A DNA stretch of 62,564 nucleotides, from assembly GCA_012862495.1 (NCBI GenBank), contig BLSG01000084.1, positions 228,838-291,401 of the forward strand. Direction: 5' to 3'. The stretch comes from Thraustochytrium aureum. Taxonomy: Eukaryota. The notes under the pieces are model-generated. The model saw nothing but the letters and a program-made list of their open reading frames with translations, had not been told where the DNA came from and did no database searches. The position numbers and the translations under genes are program-made. How positions within the stretch are numbered: position 1 is the first letter of the stretch; every line of letters starts with the position of its first letter. Shown here piece by piece: positions 22,834 to 35,099 of this stretch.

Positions 22834-24021
22834 TCACTCCTGGGGCTTGCTGCTCGAGAAAATGTGCGCTGTGACATGGCAGATCCGCTCCCCAGGGCGA
22901 AGCACTGTCCCCTCGAACTTTGCATTCAGGGCTTGCTGGTTCACCGCGTCCGGAAAGTGCTGCGTCTCCAAGGCGACTGCAGAGTGGCGGAATGCCTCCG
23001 GCATCCAGTTGGCTGTATACACCTGCACGCCGGGTTGAGTAGTGGCCACCGTCATGACGCGGCCCGACTTTGGGTCTGTCAGCCGTGCAATGGCGCGGAG
23101 GTCCACCGCCCCAATGCCTGCTCCAAGGTCGCGTCGGAACAGCGGGACGACTGCATCAAGCACGTTCTCGCCCTCGTCGGGTTCTGCGCGGCAAAAGCAA
23201 TGGTCGACCCCATTGTGCGGCTTCGCCTCGGGGGCTACCAACGGGATGCGGTCGCCCAGCCGCCGCGGCGTGTTGCAAAAGTCAAAGGGGGTGCCAGCAA
23301 CTGACGCAAGCCGTCCCAGCGGGATGCTGCCCGCGTCGACGGGGAGGTACGACGGGCAAAACAGCTCGAGCTCGTGGTCGGCCACCGTGCTGCCAGGCTC
23401 GCCGGAGAGGTTCCAGTACGCGTGGTTGCACACGTTGACGACTGTGGCGCCCGTCGCGCCCGCGGCGAGCTCTGCCGAGTACGCGATCCTCAGCTCGCTT
23501 GCGTCGAGGCCCAGCGCAAGCGTGTATCGAGCGGTCACGACCAAGTCACCCGGGTAACCCTCTTCGCCGTCCTTGCTGAGGTACTCCAGTTCGACGCCAA
23601 CCTCGCCGGGCTCGCGCACGATCGCACGAATGCTCCAGTTCACGTTGTGAAACCCGCCCGGTCCTCCGTGGAGGGCGTTCTCGCCAGCGTTGCACGTCAG
23701 TTTGTGTTCAATCCCGTCCAACACGAACCGTCCCTTGGCGACTCGATTGGCGACGCGACCGCACATCGCTCCGCCGTACGTGCCGTACTGGCAAGGCAAG
23801 TTTTGCTTGTCCAGAACGACAGTGGTCTCCACGGCGTCGTCCATGCGACGGCCTGCCGGTGCAGGCACAGTCATGGAGAGCAGCGTGGCCCCAAACGTGG
23901 CCACCACGCATCTCGCTCCGCTGCCATCCTCGATCGTCACCTGCTTCAGCGTGCCCAGGTCGTCCGCGCCACCAGTACCGTGGCACACCAACCCGACAAG
24001 CGGCGAGACCTCCACAGACAT
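22834..24021 (-). CDS. GALM: Aldose 1-epimerase (galactose mutarotase)
   Basis: GRVANRVAKGRF, NALHGG, DGEEGYPG, NHAYWNL, DHCF, TTQPGVQVYTAN and LETQHFPDAVN. Confidence 0.95.
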   Translation of the reverse strand: MSVEVSPLVGLVCHGTGGADDLGTLKQVTIEDGSGARCVVATFGATLLSMTVPAPAGRRMDDAVETTVVLDKQNLPCQYGTYGGAMCGRVANRVAKGRFVLDGIEHKLTCNAGENALHGGPGGFHNVNWSIRAIVREPGEVGVELEYLSKDGEEGYPGDLVVTARYTLALGLDASELRIAYSAELAAGATGATVVNVCNHAYWNLSGEPGSTVADHELELFCPSYLPVDAGSIPLGRLASVAGTPFDFCNTPRRLGDRIPLVAPEAKPHNGVDHCFCRAEPDEGENVLDAVVPLFRRDLGAGIGAVDLRAIARLTDPKSGRVMTVATTQPGVQVYTANWMPEAFRHSAVALETQHFPDAVNQQALNAKFEGTVLRPGERICHVTAHIFSSSKPQE

Positions 24022-25186
24022 GGTTTGGCACGTCCGCCGCCCTTCCAAGTGCCTGCGCCGCACAACGACCTGACGACCTTTCGGCTGCTCTCTCTAGCGC
24101 CCAGGGGCTGACCGCGACCGCTCGATGAAGGCGTCTGTCCGAGGAAGGCGGCCGCGTCTGCCTGCGCACCGTCGGCGTCCCGGGGTCTGCCCGCCCAACG
24201 CCTCGAGCAGCTCGATGTTGGCAGCCCAATGTCGGCGCGTCTTGGGGTCTGGTCTGCCCGATGGATGTCCCGCCCGAAGCCGGACTCTCCCAGCTGCGCT
24301 CCGCAAAGGAAGGCGGTCGTAACCTGCGAGCGGAGGCTGCTGGGGGCGGACGAGCGCGAGTGTGGCGAGGGGTCGTCCGGCAGGCGAGCAACGTAGCTCN
24401 NNNNNNNNNNNNNNNNNNNNNNNNNNNNNNNNNNNNNNNNNNNNNNNNNNNNNNNNNNNNNNNNNNNNNNNNNNNNNNNNNNNNNNNNNNNNNNNNNNNN
24501 NNNNNNNNNNNNNNNNNNNNNNNNNNNNNNNNNNNNNNNNNNNNNNNNNNNNNNNNNNNNNNNNNNNNNNNNNNNNNNNNNNNNNNNNNNNNNNNNNNNN
24601 NNNNNNNNNNNNNNNNNNNNNNNNNNNNNNNNNNNNNNNNNNNNNNNNAAGCGCTCGTTCTAGCTAGCCCAAGAGGGACCTCAAAAGCAGAGCTGGGCCT
24701 GCAAGAGACCTGCTGCGCACATGCTGGTCGCGCTGAAGCGCTCGTACCTAGGTTTTTTCGTTCCGCGCACGCACTCGGAGGAGGTGCTCTGCGTACTCTA
24801 GAGGTGGTATCGATCGCTGGAAGCGCATCTTGGGCTCAAAACCGTCCGTGTCCGTGTGGATGAACTTGTCTCGACCAGAGTCTACTCATACAAGCTTGCG
24901 CTCATGTCGGCCGTGCCTGGCCCGCTCTCGCGGAACGTTGAAATCCACGTGGAGCTGTCGGCCTCGACGGGCAGGTACTGGAGAAGCGGCGCGAGACGAC
25001 AGGGCGGGGGCGTGCTCGCGCAGTTGCACGCCCCCACAGTTTCCCCCAAGTTCGTGGGGCCGAGCGCTGGGTAACTGCGCTGCAAGAACTGCACCTCCTC
25101 ACAGGAGCGCGAAGCGAGACCAGGAGGCACTCGATTCGCTTCCTTCGACATCTTGGGCGGGCAGGAACAGACAAAACGCAAAAAGC

Positions 25187-28100
25187 CTAGGCCCGGCCCG
25201 TCTTGGGTTTTGGCTTTTTGGGGGCCTTGGCCTTGACTTTCGGCTTTGGGAGCTGAAACGACTCAGGAACCACGCCGACAAGTAATGGCGCAACTCGTTC
25301 CTCAACGAGCTTGCGCACAGCCTGCGACTCGGGCAGCACCGCGTCGCGCCAATACGCCGCGAGACGGTCAGCGCGGAGTTCATTCCAGGCCACTGCAAGC
25401 ACTGTGCGATCCCCAAAAATGCCCGTCTCTGGGACGCGGTTTTCTGGACAACTGTGGACGTGCATGTGCACAGCATCCGAACTGTCGCCACAGTCCTTCA
25501 TGCACCAGGCGCAAAACTTGCACGTGCACCCGTTCCGCCCGCACGTGATCGCGAAGCAGGCGTCAAAGTCGAAAAACACCTCGTTGCAGCGCGGGCAGGA
25601 AAGGGACAGGATGCGTTCCGTGACGTGGTCGTAGTGCCGCCGGGCGGCCAGCTCCTCCTCGGTGACGAGGCGGTTCGCTTCTTCGCGCGCCTCCTGCTCC
25701 CGTTGGAGCTCCTTGGCGAGCTCCAGGCGCTGCGCATCACGCAGCCGCACTTGAGCCTGCGACCAAGCCTCTGCAGAAGCAAGGCGCGCCAGCTCCTGGC
25801 TCGGGATGAGCGCATCGCAGACGCCACACGGGATCGATCCATCCGGCTTGATGTTTCCGCCAGGCACGGAATTCAAGTATCCGTCAACGCACGTTGCCTG
25901 GCAAACGGCGTGGCCATTGGCGCAGCAAGCGGCGCGGGACTGGTCCACCTTGTCCATGCACGAAAAGCAGTCGCATAGGTGAACAGCAGCGCGGTCGAAA
26001 ATGGCGAGGTTTCGCAACTCCGTTGCGGAGGGCCGAGCTCGCGGGTCGGCATTGCACAAGTCGGCGATCACGGAGCCCAAGTCCTCTACGCCATCGAAGA
26101 GTTCCTCCATGAGCTTGCCAAGCGCGTACATGTCCGAAGAGGCTGCGGCCTCTTGCTGGGCGCCGGACAACACCTCTGGTGCCAGATACTTGGCAGAGTC
26201 TTGCATCGCTCGGAGCTCCATTTTCTCTGCGACGCTCACGCAGTCAAAGTCGCCGATCACAGCGGATCCGTTTTGCGTTAAGAGCACGTTGCTCGCCGAA
26301 ATGTCCATGTGCACGTAGCCGGCGGCATGGATGGCCTCAAGGCCGTCAACGAGGTTTCCTGCAATGCTGCGGCAAATCTCAGGGGTGCGGGCTTTGCCCT
26401 CGTCCGTCTCGAGCCACTTGTCCAAGCTTCCTCTCAAGAAAAACGGCATGATCATGTAGCCTTTGTCGTCGCTCACAAAGGCGCCTTCGAGGCGGATTAC
26501 AAACGTGTTGCGCAATGTGACAAGCATGCAGCACTGCCGATAAAAGTGTTCTTTGCCTGCGTCGTCGTCGCAGCTGAAACGCTTGAGAATAACATCTGAT
26601 CCGTTCGGGTCTCGTGCTCGGGCAATCATCCAGTTCGACTGCTCGCCCCCGATTACCTCGATGACCTCAAACTCGCTCAGCGATGTGCTCTCCTTCAGCA
26701 ATCCGCTCCTCGCCAGCCGCTTTTGAAAGAGTTGGCTTGGGCACTCGGGCTCGGTGGGCCGCCGATCGTTGACGCTCTGCTCTGCTCTCCGCTTGTGCAG
26801 TGGGCTCTCAGGCGCCGCGCTGAGCAACGCGGAGACTTGGAGGTCTTCCAGCTCTTGTTGCAGCTCGATAGCCAACTGCGTCAGCTTGTCGCGCTCCTCG
26901 CCGTCGTTCATGAAAAATAGCTGCTGCTCGGCCTCGGCGATTCTCCTCTGCAGGTCTTCGACGCCTTCGAGTTGATGCAAATCTCGCAGCCTGTGCACAG
27001 TTCTCGTCACGTGTGTTGGCGGCATTTCGACCTGGGGGCGGGCGGGTTCTTCTTCCTCGTGCGCAGCCACCGCCGGAGTCGTGCCACGAACAGCGGTCGA
27101 CATCGTTTCGACCACGTGGGGGGAGGTTCTTCCTCGCGCGCAGCAGCCACCGCCGGAGTTTTTCCACGAACAGCGGTCGCCATCTTCTTGCCCACGAACT
27201 CAAGAGCACGCGAAAGGGGCGACTTGATCCACGAGCCTACTTGTTGGGCGTCGCCNNNNNNNNNNNNNNNNNNNNNNNNNNNNNNNNNNNNNNNNNNNNN
27301 NNNNNNNNNNNNNNNNNNNNNNNNNNNNNNNNNNNNNNNNNNNNNNNNNNNNNNNNNNNNNNNNNNNNNNNNNNNNNNNNNNNNNNNNNNNNNNNNNNNN
27401 NNNNNNNNNNNNNNNNNNNNNNNNNNNNNNNNNNNNNNNNNNNNNNNNNNNNNNNNNNNNNNNNNNNNNNNNNNNNNNNNNNNNNNNNNNNNNNNNNNNN
27501 NNNNNNNNNNNNNNNNNNGCTGTGCGCATTGGCCTCGCTGCTGTATGCGTTGGCGCCGAGGTTAGCTGGGCGTTTCTCTCGGCGCAAAAGAACGACACAC
27601 TCACCTGGTTGCCCCCAGGCACACGGCTTCGGCCTCTGGCACTGGTCCGTCAAAGTCGCGCACAAGTTCGGCGGTTGGATGCGTGGCGCTCGGGCGTGGC
27701 GAAAGCCTTCATTGGCTGCGAGTCAGTTCCGACCCATTTGCGCGGTAACAACTGCAAAGATTACGTACAGTAGCTCAAAGCGTCTCGGCATGCGTGAGGT
27801 CACTGCGAGGAGCCTGTCTGCGCCAAGCTCTGTAATGTTGTTCCCAGTGAGGCTGTTGTCACGACAGGGGCGGGCCTGTTAGTGTGGGTGCAGTTTCAAC
27901 TTTTGATTGAAAGCGATAGACGTACTCAAGCTGTGAAAGCACCGGATTGCGCTCCAGCGCCTGCGCAATTGTAACTGCCGCCGAGTCGGTGATCCCGTTG
28001 TTTGAAAGACTAGGGCAGGTCGAGCCGAGTCAGCAGGCGTGCACAGCATCTAGTCCTCACAGAGCCTGCCAGCCAAACGTACTCTAATTCCTTTAGCGTC

Positions 28101-28690
28101 TTGTTTACCACAAGAGCACGACTGATAGCGACAGCCCCTTCGTCAAGAAGACGGCACGAGGAGAGCCTGCAATCGCATTGAGAGTGCGTTAGTAATCGCC
28201 CGTGAAGCAGCGCGCGGCATTGCGGATAGCTCAGAAGCAGGAAGGCCTCCTGTTGTCATAGCGCTCTGCCCTGTTCGGGTTGCAACTTGCATACCTTAGG
28301 CTTGTCACCGTGGGACGCAGAACGAGAAGGCTTTCAACTGCGGTGGCGCCTTGTGGACCTACGGGAAACGACGAAATGCTGGGCAGCGTAAACGAGAACG
28401 ATTCCAGAGTTAGGGCCAATGTATGCGCTGCAACGATACACATGTCAAATACTCACTCAATATGCATTTCAGACCTGCGCCGTCAATCCGTCGTGCACAT
28501 CGTCAGCACCTGCTCGCGCCTCCACCCGCAAAGCAAACTCGAACACCAGCCGCCTCACTTACAAGGGCGGCTTCGTATCCTCATCTCCAACCATCTGGAA
28601 CAGGAGACTCGAGACATCATCGTGAGAGAATTCATAGTCGTCGCTGTCGCGAAATAATGAGATTGTCGTTTCGTGGCCGTCGACGGCCAT
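25187..28690 (-). CDS. Multi-exon LRR (ribonuclease-inhibitor type) + atypical protein kinase + RING + Rcat/IBR-like fusion protein
   Basis: Hand-spliced exons: 28690-28563, 28474-28457, 28378-28295, 28166-28083, 28009-27926, 27852-27769, 27706-27605, 27540-gap. All introns are GT-AG and phase 2. An open frame runs from the gap (27255) into the kinase ORF via a frameshift at ~27120. Kinase motifs VILK, HMDISASN, DFD, APE; RING CFSC..CANGH..C..C..CGVC; CPRC..DAC..C..CKFCAWC. The join across the 27256-27518 gap is inferred. Confidence 0.78.
27022..27184. repeat. Two ~80-bp direct coding repeats (M[AS]TAVRG[KT]TPAVAA..EEE)
   Basis: GCAGCCACCGCCGGAGT...CCACGAACAGCGGTCG.CATC occurs twice in tandem. 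Confidence 0.85.
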
Positions 28691-29641
28691 CTCCCAATCG
28701 CGCGCGCTCGCCGCAACTGCTCCTCCGCCGTTTTCTACTGCCAGCACCGCACAAGGGCTATGTTCAGCCAGCGCTTGCCGCCGGCGCAGCGCGCGCGCTT
28801 GCGCACCTCTCCGCGTCTGCTGCCGAGCGTCCACGCACGGAGTTGTCTGCTAATAAGAGTCTGCAAATGAGTCCGTCGTAACTGATCGCCGCCATTGAAC
28901 AAGCCTCGATTCACAGAGGACCGCCCATTCCCAGGCCGCGCCTCGCTCAGACGATTTGGCCGCGAATGGAGTACGTGCTCACGGAGTACTCTACTACATA
29001 CTCATCTACTCTATGATGATTTGTCCGCTCTCGCTCGAGCGAGCCGCGAGCGGGCGTGGCAACGCGGCCTCCGCCGCACGTTCGGCCGCGCTCACATTTC
29101 AACGCATCCGGCGGCCGAATAACAACGGCTCCTCAGACCAAGGACAACTTCATATGCATATATCCTTCACGTCTTGACTTGCTCGCAGCACCTTTCGCGC
29201 GCACGTGCACATCCTTCAGGCCGGCGGCTTCGCCGCTGGGTGGTACGACTCCTCTCCCGTTGCATTCAACGGATATCTTTCACGATGGCGTTCACTCGAA
29301 TTCGAAAAACGAAAACCAAAACAGAAACACTGTCCCGAGGGGCCCCTGTGACGTGCTTCGGCGGCACTTCCAGTTCGCCATCGTCATCGTAGAGCCCACG
29401 TGACGACAGTTGTGGGGAGGCGTACGTAACGATGAGAGTAGTATGACGAGGGCTCGCGGTATCCACAGGACGCGGCTGGAGGAGCGGCAGCAGAGCGGCA
29501 ACGCACGCGAGCGCGGGCGTCGCGGGACGGCGCTGGAGCGTGGCAGTTGGTGGCTGGCAGGTCCTCGCGCGTTGCCTTTTGGCGCCACAGCGTGCCCGTC
29601 CGTCAATCCTCTTGCGTCGCTGCGGCGGCTGGGCGACAGAT

Positions 29642-32600
29642 ATGGTGGCTTGGACGTGGGTTTCGGCTTTCGCCGTCGCGGCGCTCGGCGACGTGGCGCA
29701 GGGCGCAAGATCAGCGCGGTGAGCCTGCTGCTGCCCGTGGACAGGTCGGAAGGCGCGAATGGGGTGCCGGATCCGGTGAGGACGACCGTGCAGGCCTCGC
29801 CCGGCTGCTTTGAATGGTACTCGTCGGATCCGCACGTTGTGGCGGTTGTGCCCAACCTGGACGACGCCTGCGAGGGCCTGACCTCGTCGTCAGCAACGCT
29901 CACTGTGCAGGCCAATTACTCGGAGGAGCGCGCATCCTGCGAGGTGGAGGCCGCGCGGTCGGACGGCGGCGAGCGGCTCGCCGTGGAGGTTTACGTCGCT
30001 CCGATTCGGCGGGTCGAAATCTTGACGACCGTTCGCCGGCTCGCGCTGTACGAGCTCGAAACGCTCTATGTGCAAGCCTTTGACGATCTGGGAAACGTAT
30101 TTTCGAGCCTCGATGGGCTGAGCTTTACCTGGGAAAGCGCAGAGGCGGGGAAGGGCTCGAGCGGCGCGGAGGCCGCCGATTCACCGCTCCTCATTAGCCG
30201 AATCAGCGACTCGCAGGTCGCACCGACGCACGGGCTTGAGCAAGAAGACTTTGGTCGCTATGGATTCAAGGTTCAAATCGCGGGGACGCGCGCCGGGCGC
30301 GGCGCAATCAGCGCAAGGCTCGAGGCCCTGCCGCCGAGCGGCGCGCAGGGTCCCATCGAGAACGTCGTTGAGATTGACGTCGTCGAGTCGCTCGTTATGT
30401 GCCCCGCATCGCCGACGCTGATCCCAGGGACTCGGCTCCCGGTTCAAGTTCTGCGCAAAGTAAGCAAGGACCGCTTCGAGTTCGTCGACCACGCAGTGGA
30501 CACTGCGTACGAGTGGGTTGAGCGGTCCGATGGCCAGGTTCTCGCCGTGGAGGCCTCCACAGGCCAGGTCACCGCCATCGCAGAGGGGAACACGCAGCTC
30601 AGCTTTCGTCAGCGCGGCTACGTGGCGAACGCCGTCTCCTCACGAGTGCGAGTTGTGCCCCTCGACGGCGTTCGACTTTGGCTCGCGCGCGTGCCAGACG
30701 ACCGCGAACGGACCTCGCCCCCAGCCACGACGGCCGCCGCGTGCCGCTGGTCGGGTGCAGGCCGCTTCCCCCAGGACCGCAGCCTCCCGCACGCGCGGCT
30801 CTGGGCAAGCCAGTCACAAGAGCGGTGGGTCCTCACGCTCGGTCACCGCTACTACGTGATGGCAACGCTCGCGAGCGACCTTGTGAACGAGACCGAGACT
30901 ATTTTCGTCGCCCCAGGGATGAGCTTCGAGTTCGGCGCGTCGGCAGCCACAAAGGCGGCAGTTTCCAGCGGCGGCCCCGCAGGAGCAGTCTCGGTCATCG
31001 ACGAGTCACAGCCGTCCCTGCCTAACGTGCAAGTCGTGGAGGGCAGCCAAGTTGGATTTGTCGACCTCAATGTGCGCTTTGCACACGCAGGAGCCGCCCT
31101 GACTCAGCTCAAGGCAGACGTGCAAATCACAGCCCCGCTCCAGCTGAGCCACAAAATCGTGCGTCTGCCGATCGACCCGAGTGGCAAGGTCTTCCACACG
31201 TTTACTGTAACTGCCACTGGCGGGACGGGGTTTTACACCTTTAAGGTCCGCGCCGGTTTGCCAGAGACCCACGCAGGCGCGGAGGCGTGTGGCGCTGCAT
31301 TGGCGGCTGTCGTCGCTGTCGAAAAGCACCGCGGGGCCCTACGGCTCAAGGAGCAAGCTACAGCGAGCGACACGCTCGTGGCGCGCGACACGTTCGACCC
31401 AAGCAATTTGGCCACGGCCGCCGTACTGGTTAGCGCACCGTCCTCGATACGCTTTCGGGAAGAGTCTGTCGTCGTCCCACTCGACGAAACTATCGACGTT
31501 TTCGTGCAGCTCCTGGACGCCTTCGGCAAGCCGTACGACAACTGCACCGGGTTGCACGCTGCGGTGTCGTGGGGGACTCTGGGCTCGAGTGTGCAGCAGC
31601 TCGGCGAGCCCGCGCAGCGCCAAGTGGTGCGACGCGCCAACGAACTAGATGCATCGATGTGCGCGTCGCTCCAAGTTCGCACAATCGCCGCTGGCGTCTC
31701 GACCCTCACAGCGCGGTTCGGCAGCCTCGTTGCTACCTTGCACATCACTGTCTTGAAGCGCGTGCACATTTTGCACCCCAAGGCGGATCGCGCGCTTGAG
31801 CCAAGCGGGCTCGCGGTCGCGATGGTACGGGTCGGGTATGCCACATCACTCGTTGTCGCCGACGGCAAGCCTGTCGACAAGATCGAGATTTTTGCCAAGC
31901 AGGCCGACAGCGCCCTGGTCTTGGTCCCGGAGCCAGAGCACGCAGACCACGTCGTGGTCACCCTCGCCTCTCCTGGTCCACGCTCGCGCAGGTACCAAGT
32001 ACAGTGCCAGACAGAGGGCCGCTTCGAGCTCGTCATCCAAGGCCACGCGCGGATGGTCCTCATTTGCGCCACTCCAAAGCAGGCTGTGCTGCGGCTCGCG
32101 CTCGATGCGGAGACGCAAATTCGCTTCGACCAGGACGACTGCGCAGCGCGCGGCGTGCCATTCTTCACCGCTGGAAGCAACGTTCCGCTGCGCGTGGACT
32201 TGGAGGACGGAAATGGCAACGCTTTCACAGAGTTGTCAGGGCTTAAAGTGAGCTGGTCGGTTGACGCTCCAAAGTCGATGATGGGCGCGTTTTCGTGGGT
32301 TTCGGACGATGCGGAGCAGGAGCGGTCCTTGCGCACACCCGCAAACCACCAGGGCTCGTTTTCAGTGGCTGCGACGCTTGTTGGGTCCCAGGGCAAAGAC
32401 GAGTTTTCCGCCGTGCTCTCGCTCGCCGTTGCGCGGGACATCGAGATCGAACCAAGACTTGGGCGCCCGCTCTTCGGTCATCCAACAGTGACTGCCAAGC
32501 TGCAGATCAAGAACGGCCCTGATGCACTTGTAGACGGCCTGGTCTGCAGAGTCTCGGACGCGGAGGTGGCCGTGCTGAATCGCAAGGGCCGCACGGCCCA

Positions 32601-34997
32601 GATCCGGTACGGCGCCAGCAAGGTGGTTTCGTCTGAGGTCGACCTGGTCTGCGAGATGCCGTGTCTCGTGGGCTCCTCACCGGCACGGGNNNNNNNNNNN
32701 NNNNNNNNNNNNNNNNNNNNNNNNNNNNNNNNNNNNNNNNNNNNNNNNNNNNNNNNNNNNNNNNNNNNNNNNNNNNNNNNNNNNNNNNNNNNNNNNNNNN
32801 NNNNNNNNNNNNNNNNNNNNNNNNNNNNNNNNNNNNNNNNNNNNNNNNNNNNNNNNNNNNNNNNNNNNNNNNNNNNNNNNNNNNNNNNNNNNNNNNNNNN
32901 NNNNNNNNNNNNNNNNNNNNNNNNNNNNNNNNNNNNNNNNNNNNNNNNNNNNNNNNNNNNNNNNNNNNNNNNNNNNNNNNNNNNNNNNNNNNNNNNNNNN
33001 NNNNNNNNNNNNNNNNNNNNNNNNNNNNNNNNNNNNNNNNNNNNNNNNNNNNNNNNNNNNNNNNNNNNNNNNNNNNNNNNNNNNNNNNNNNNNNNNNNNN
33101 NNNNNNNNNNNNNNNNNNNNNNNNNNNNNNNNNNNNNNNNNNNNNNNNNNNNNNNNNNNNNNNNNNNNNNNNNNNNNNNNNNNNNNNNNNNNNNNNNNNN
33201 NNNNNNNNNNNNNNNNNNNNNNNNNNNNNNNNNNNNNNNNNNNNNNNNNNNNNNNNNNNNNNNNNNNNNNNNNNNNNNNNNNNNNNNNNNNNNNNNNNNN
33301 NNNNNNNNNNNNNNNNNNNNNNNNNNNNNNNNNNNNNNNNNNNNNNNNNNNNNNNNNNNNNNNNNNNNNNNNNNNNNNNNNNNNNNNNNNNNNNNNNNNN
33401 NNNNNNNNNNNNNNNNNNNGTAACGTCGTCCGCGGCGGGAGGCGGGGCTCGCCTGGTCGCAGTGGCCCAGCTTTTCGTCGACCCGAAGCTGGAGCTCCTC
33501 CTTCCGCCCACCGTGCTGGTGCCTCGACGCGGTGAGTTGCAGATCAAGACCTCAGTGGACGCCGATCCGCGTGCTGCAAACAGCCTCGTCTTCTTTGTAG
33601 GGACTCGGGGCTGCGCTGGCGTCACTCCGCCGCTGCGTGTCCTTGGAACGGGACTCGTCGTCTCGGGCGACCTGGCCGCGAGCGCCGACGTCGTGATCGA
33701 GCTGCGCTCCGAACGCGAGGGGCTTGAACTTGTGCAGCAAGCCTCGCTGCACGTCGTGGTTGCCGAAGTAGCCTTCGTGGGAGTGCGCCAGCTCTTTGAC
33801 GACCTCGTTCTCCCTGTCGGAATTGAGCGGGCCCTCGAGGTCGCCCTTTACGACAAGAATGGGCGGCAGTTCTTCGCGCCCTTCTCAACGCTCGACCTGC
33901 AGGTGAATGCAAGCGACTCTGGCCTCGTCAAGGTGGCGCTGGCCCCTCTCCAAGGCGGCCCGCACGAGCTGACCCCGTTTCGGCGTGTGTCTTTCACTGG
34001 CGTCAGTCGGGGCGAGACTGCTGTTGTTGTGTCGATTGGGTCGCCTGTAGAGACGGCCTGCCGACCCGACTACATTCGCGTCGCGATTCTGCCCGCGGAT
34101 GACGCGTTTCGCTTCGATGTTGCGCGCGTGCTCAACAGCCAGGGCTCGCTCGTGCTGGTCCCGGGAGCCAAGGTCGTGGTCCCGCTCGCCCGCGTCGGGT
34201 CGCTTTTGAGCGAGACAAGCGCTATCGAGTGCTCGGCTCGGCTCGGCGGCGTCGACTTGGCCGCACAAGTGGAGCGGATTGCTGCGGGTGTTGACGGGGC
34301 GGGGTGCCAAGTCGCGGTGCCGGATGAAACCTTGGGCGGCGACGACTCCGCTGTCCTGAGCCTTAGACTTGTCGTGTCGGGGCGCGCGCTTGGCGCCGTG
34401 TCTGTACCTGTTGTGCTGGGTTTCAAGCTCGCCAGCGCCGACGTGGCGCTGAGTGCCTCCGGGTTTGCTTGGGCGGTTGGCTCCGGGTCGCGGCGGCGTG
34501 TCGAGATCAAAGTGCTCGGCGGGACTGCTCCGGCGGACATTATTGCCGAATCGACGGATGAACGCGCGGTTCTCGTGAAGCGAGCGAGCAAGGCATCGAG
34601 CGTGTTTACGCTCGAGCGACAGCAGAATGAGACGTGTGGCGGTAGCGCGACGGTGACGTTCAAGAACACCAAGACGCAGCAAGCAACCGCGATGGAGATC
34701 GCGTTTCCGTGCGAGGGCAAGGCGGCCCGCGCATGGAGGCCGGCCTTTTTGAGTGGCGGCTTGTCGGTCCACTTGCAGACCACGCTCATCGCAACGCTCG
34801 TGTTCCTTGTGCTGCTATGTTGGGCGTGTGGCGGGACGTCCGCGTTTTCGGCCTCGAGCGCAGCGGCGCCCCCGCGGCAGCAAGTCACGTTTCGTGAGAT
34901 GGACAGCCCGAAAGACGCGCGCCGCGCCTACCCTCGCCTTATGCGGGATCAAGATCTCGGCTCGCCGCTGCTCCTGCGCCAGACGCAGCGAATTTAG
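29642..34997 (+). CDS. NUP210: Nuclear pore membrane glycoprotein gp210/Nup210; frameshift at ~29700, internal gap
   Basis: LLLP..TTVQASPGCFEWYSSDPHVVAV and IRRVEILTTVRRL..LYVQAFDDLGNVFSSLDGLSFTW match the gp210 N-terminus; many Ig-like beta repeats; single C-terminal TM plus short tail; signal peptide MVAWTWVSAFAVAALG from ATG 29642 in the adjacent frame. Confidence 0.88.
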
Positions 34998-35099
34998 TCG
35001 ACGCAGACCATTTAATGCTGGCTGGCTGGCTCTTTTTCTTTCTTTGTTTCTTTGTTTCTTTGTCTTGCTTCCAGCTTCGAGACACGCGGGTCAAGCAAT

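Noticed and set aside
25187..28690. ROCO/LRRK assignment for the LRR-kinase gene
   Set aside because: No GTPase P-loop is visible and the ~260-nt gap cannot hold ROC-COR unless it is badly underestimated.
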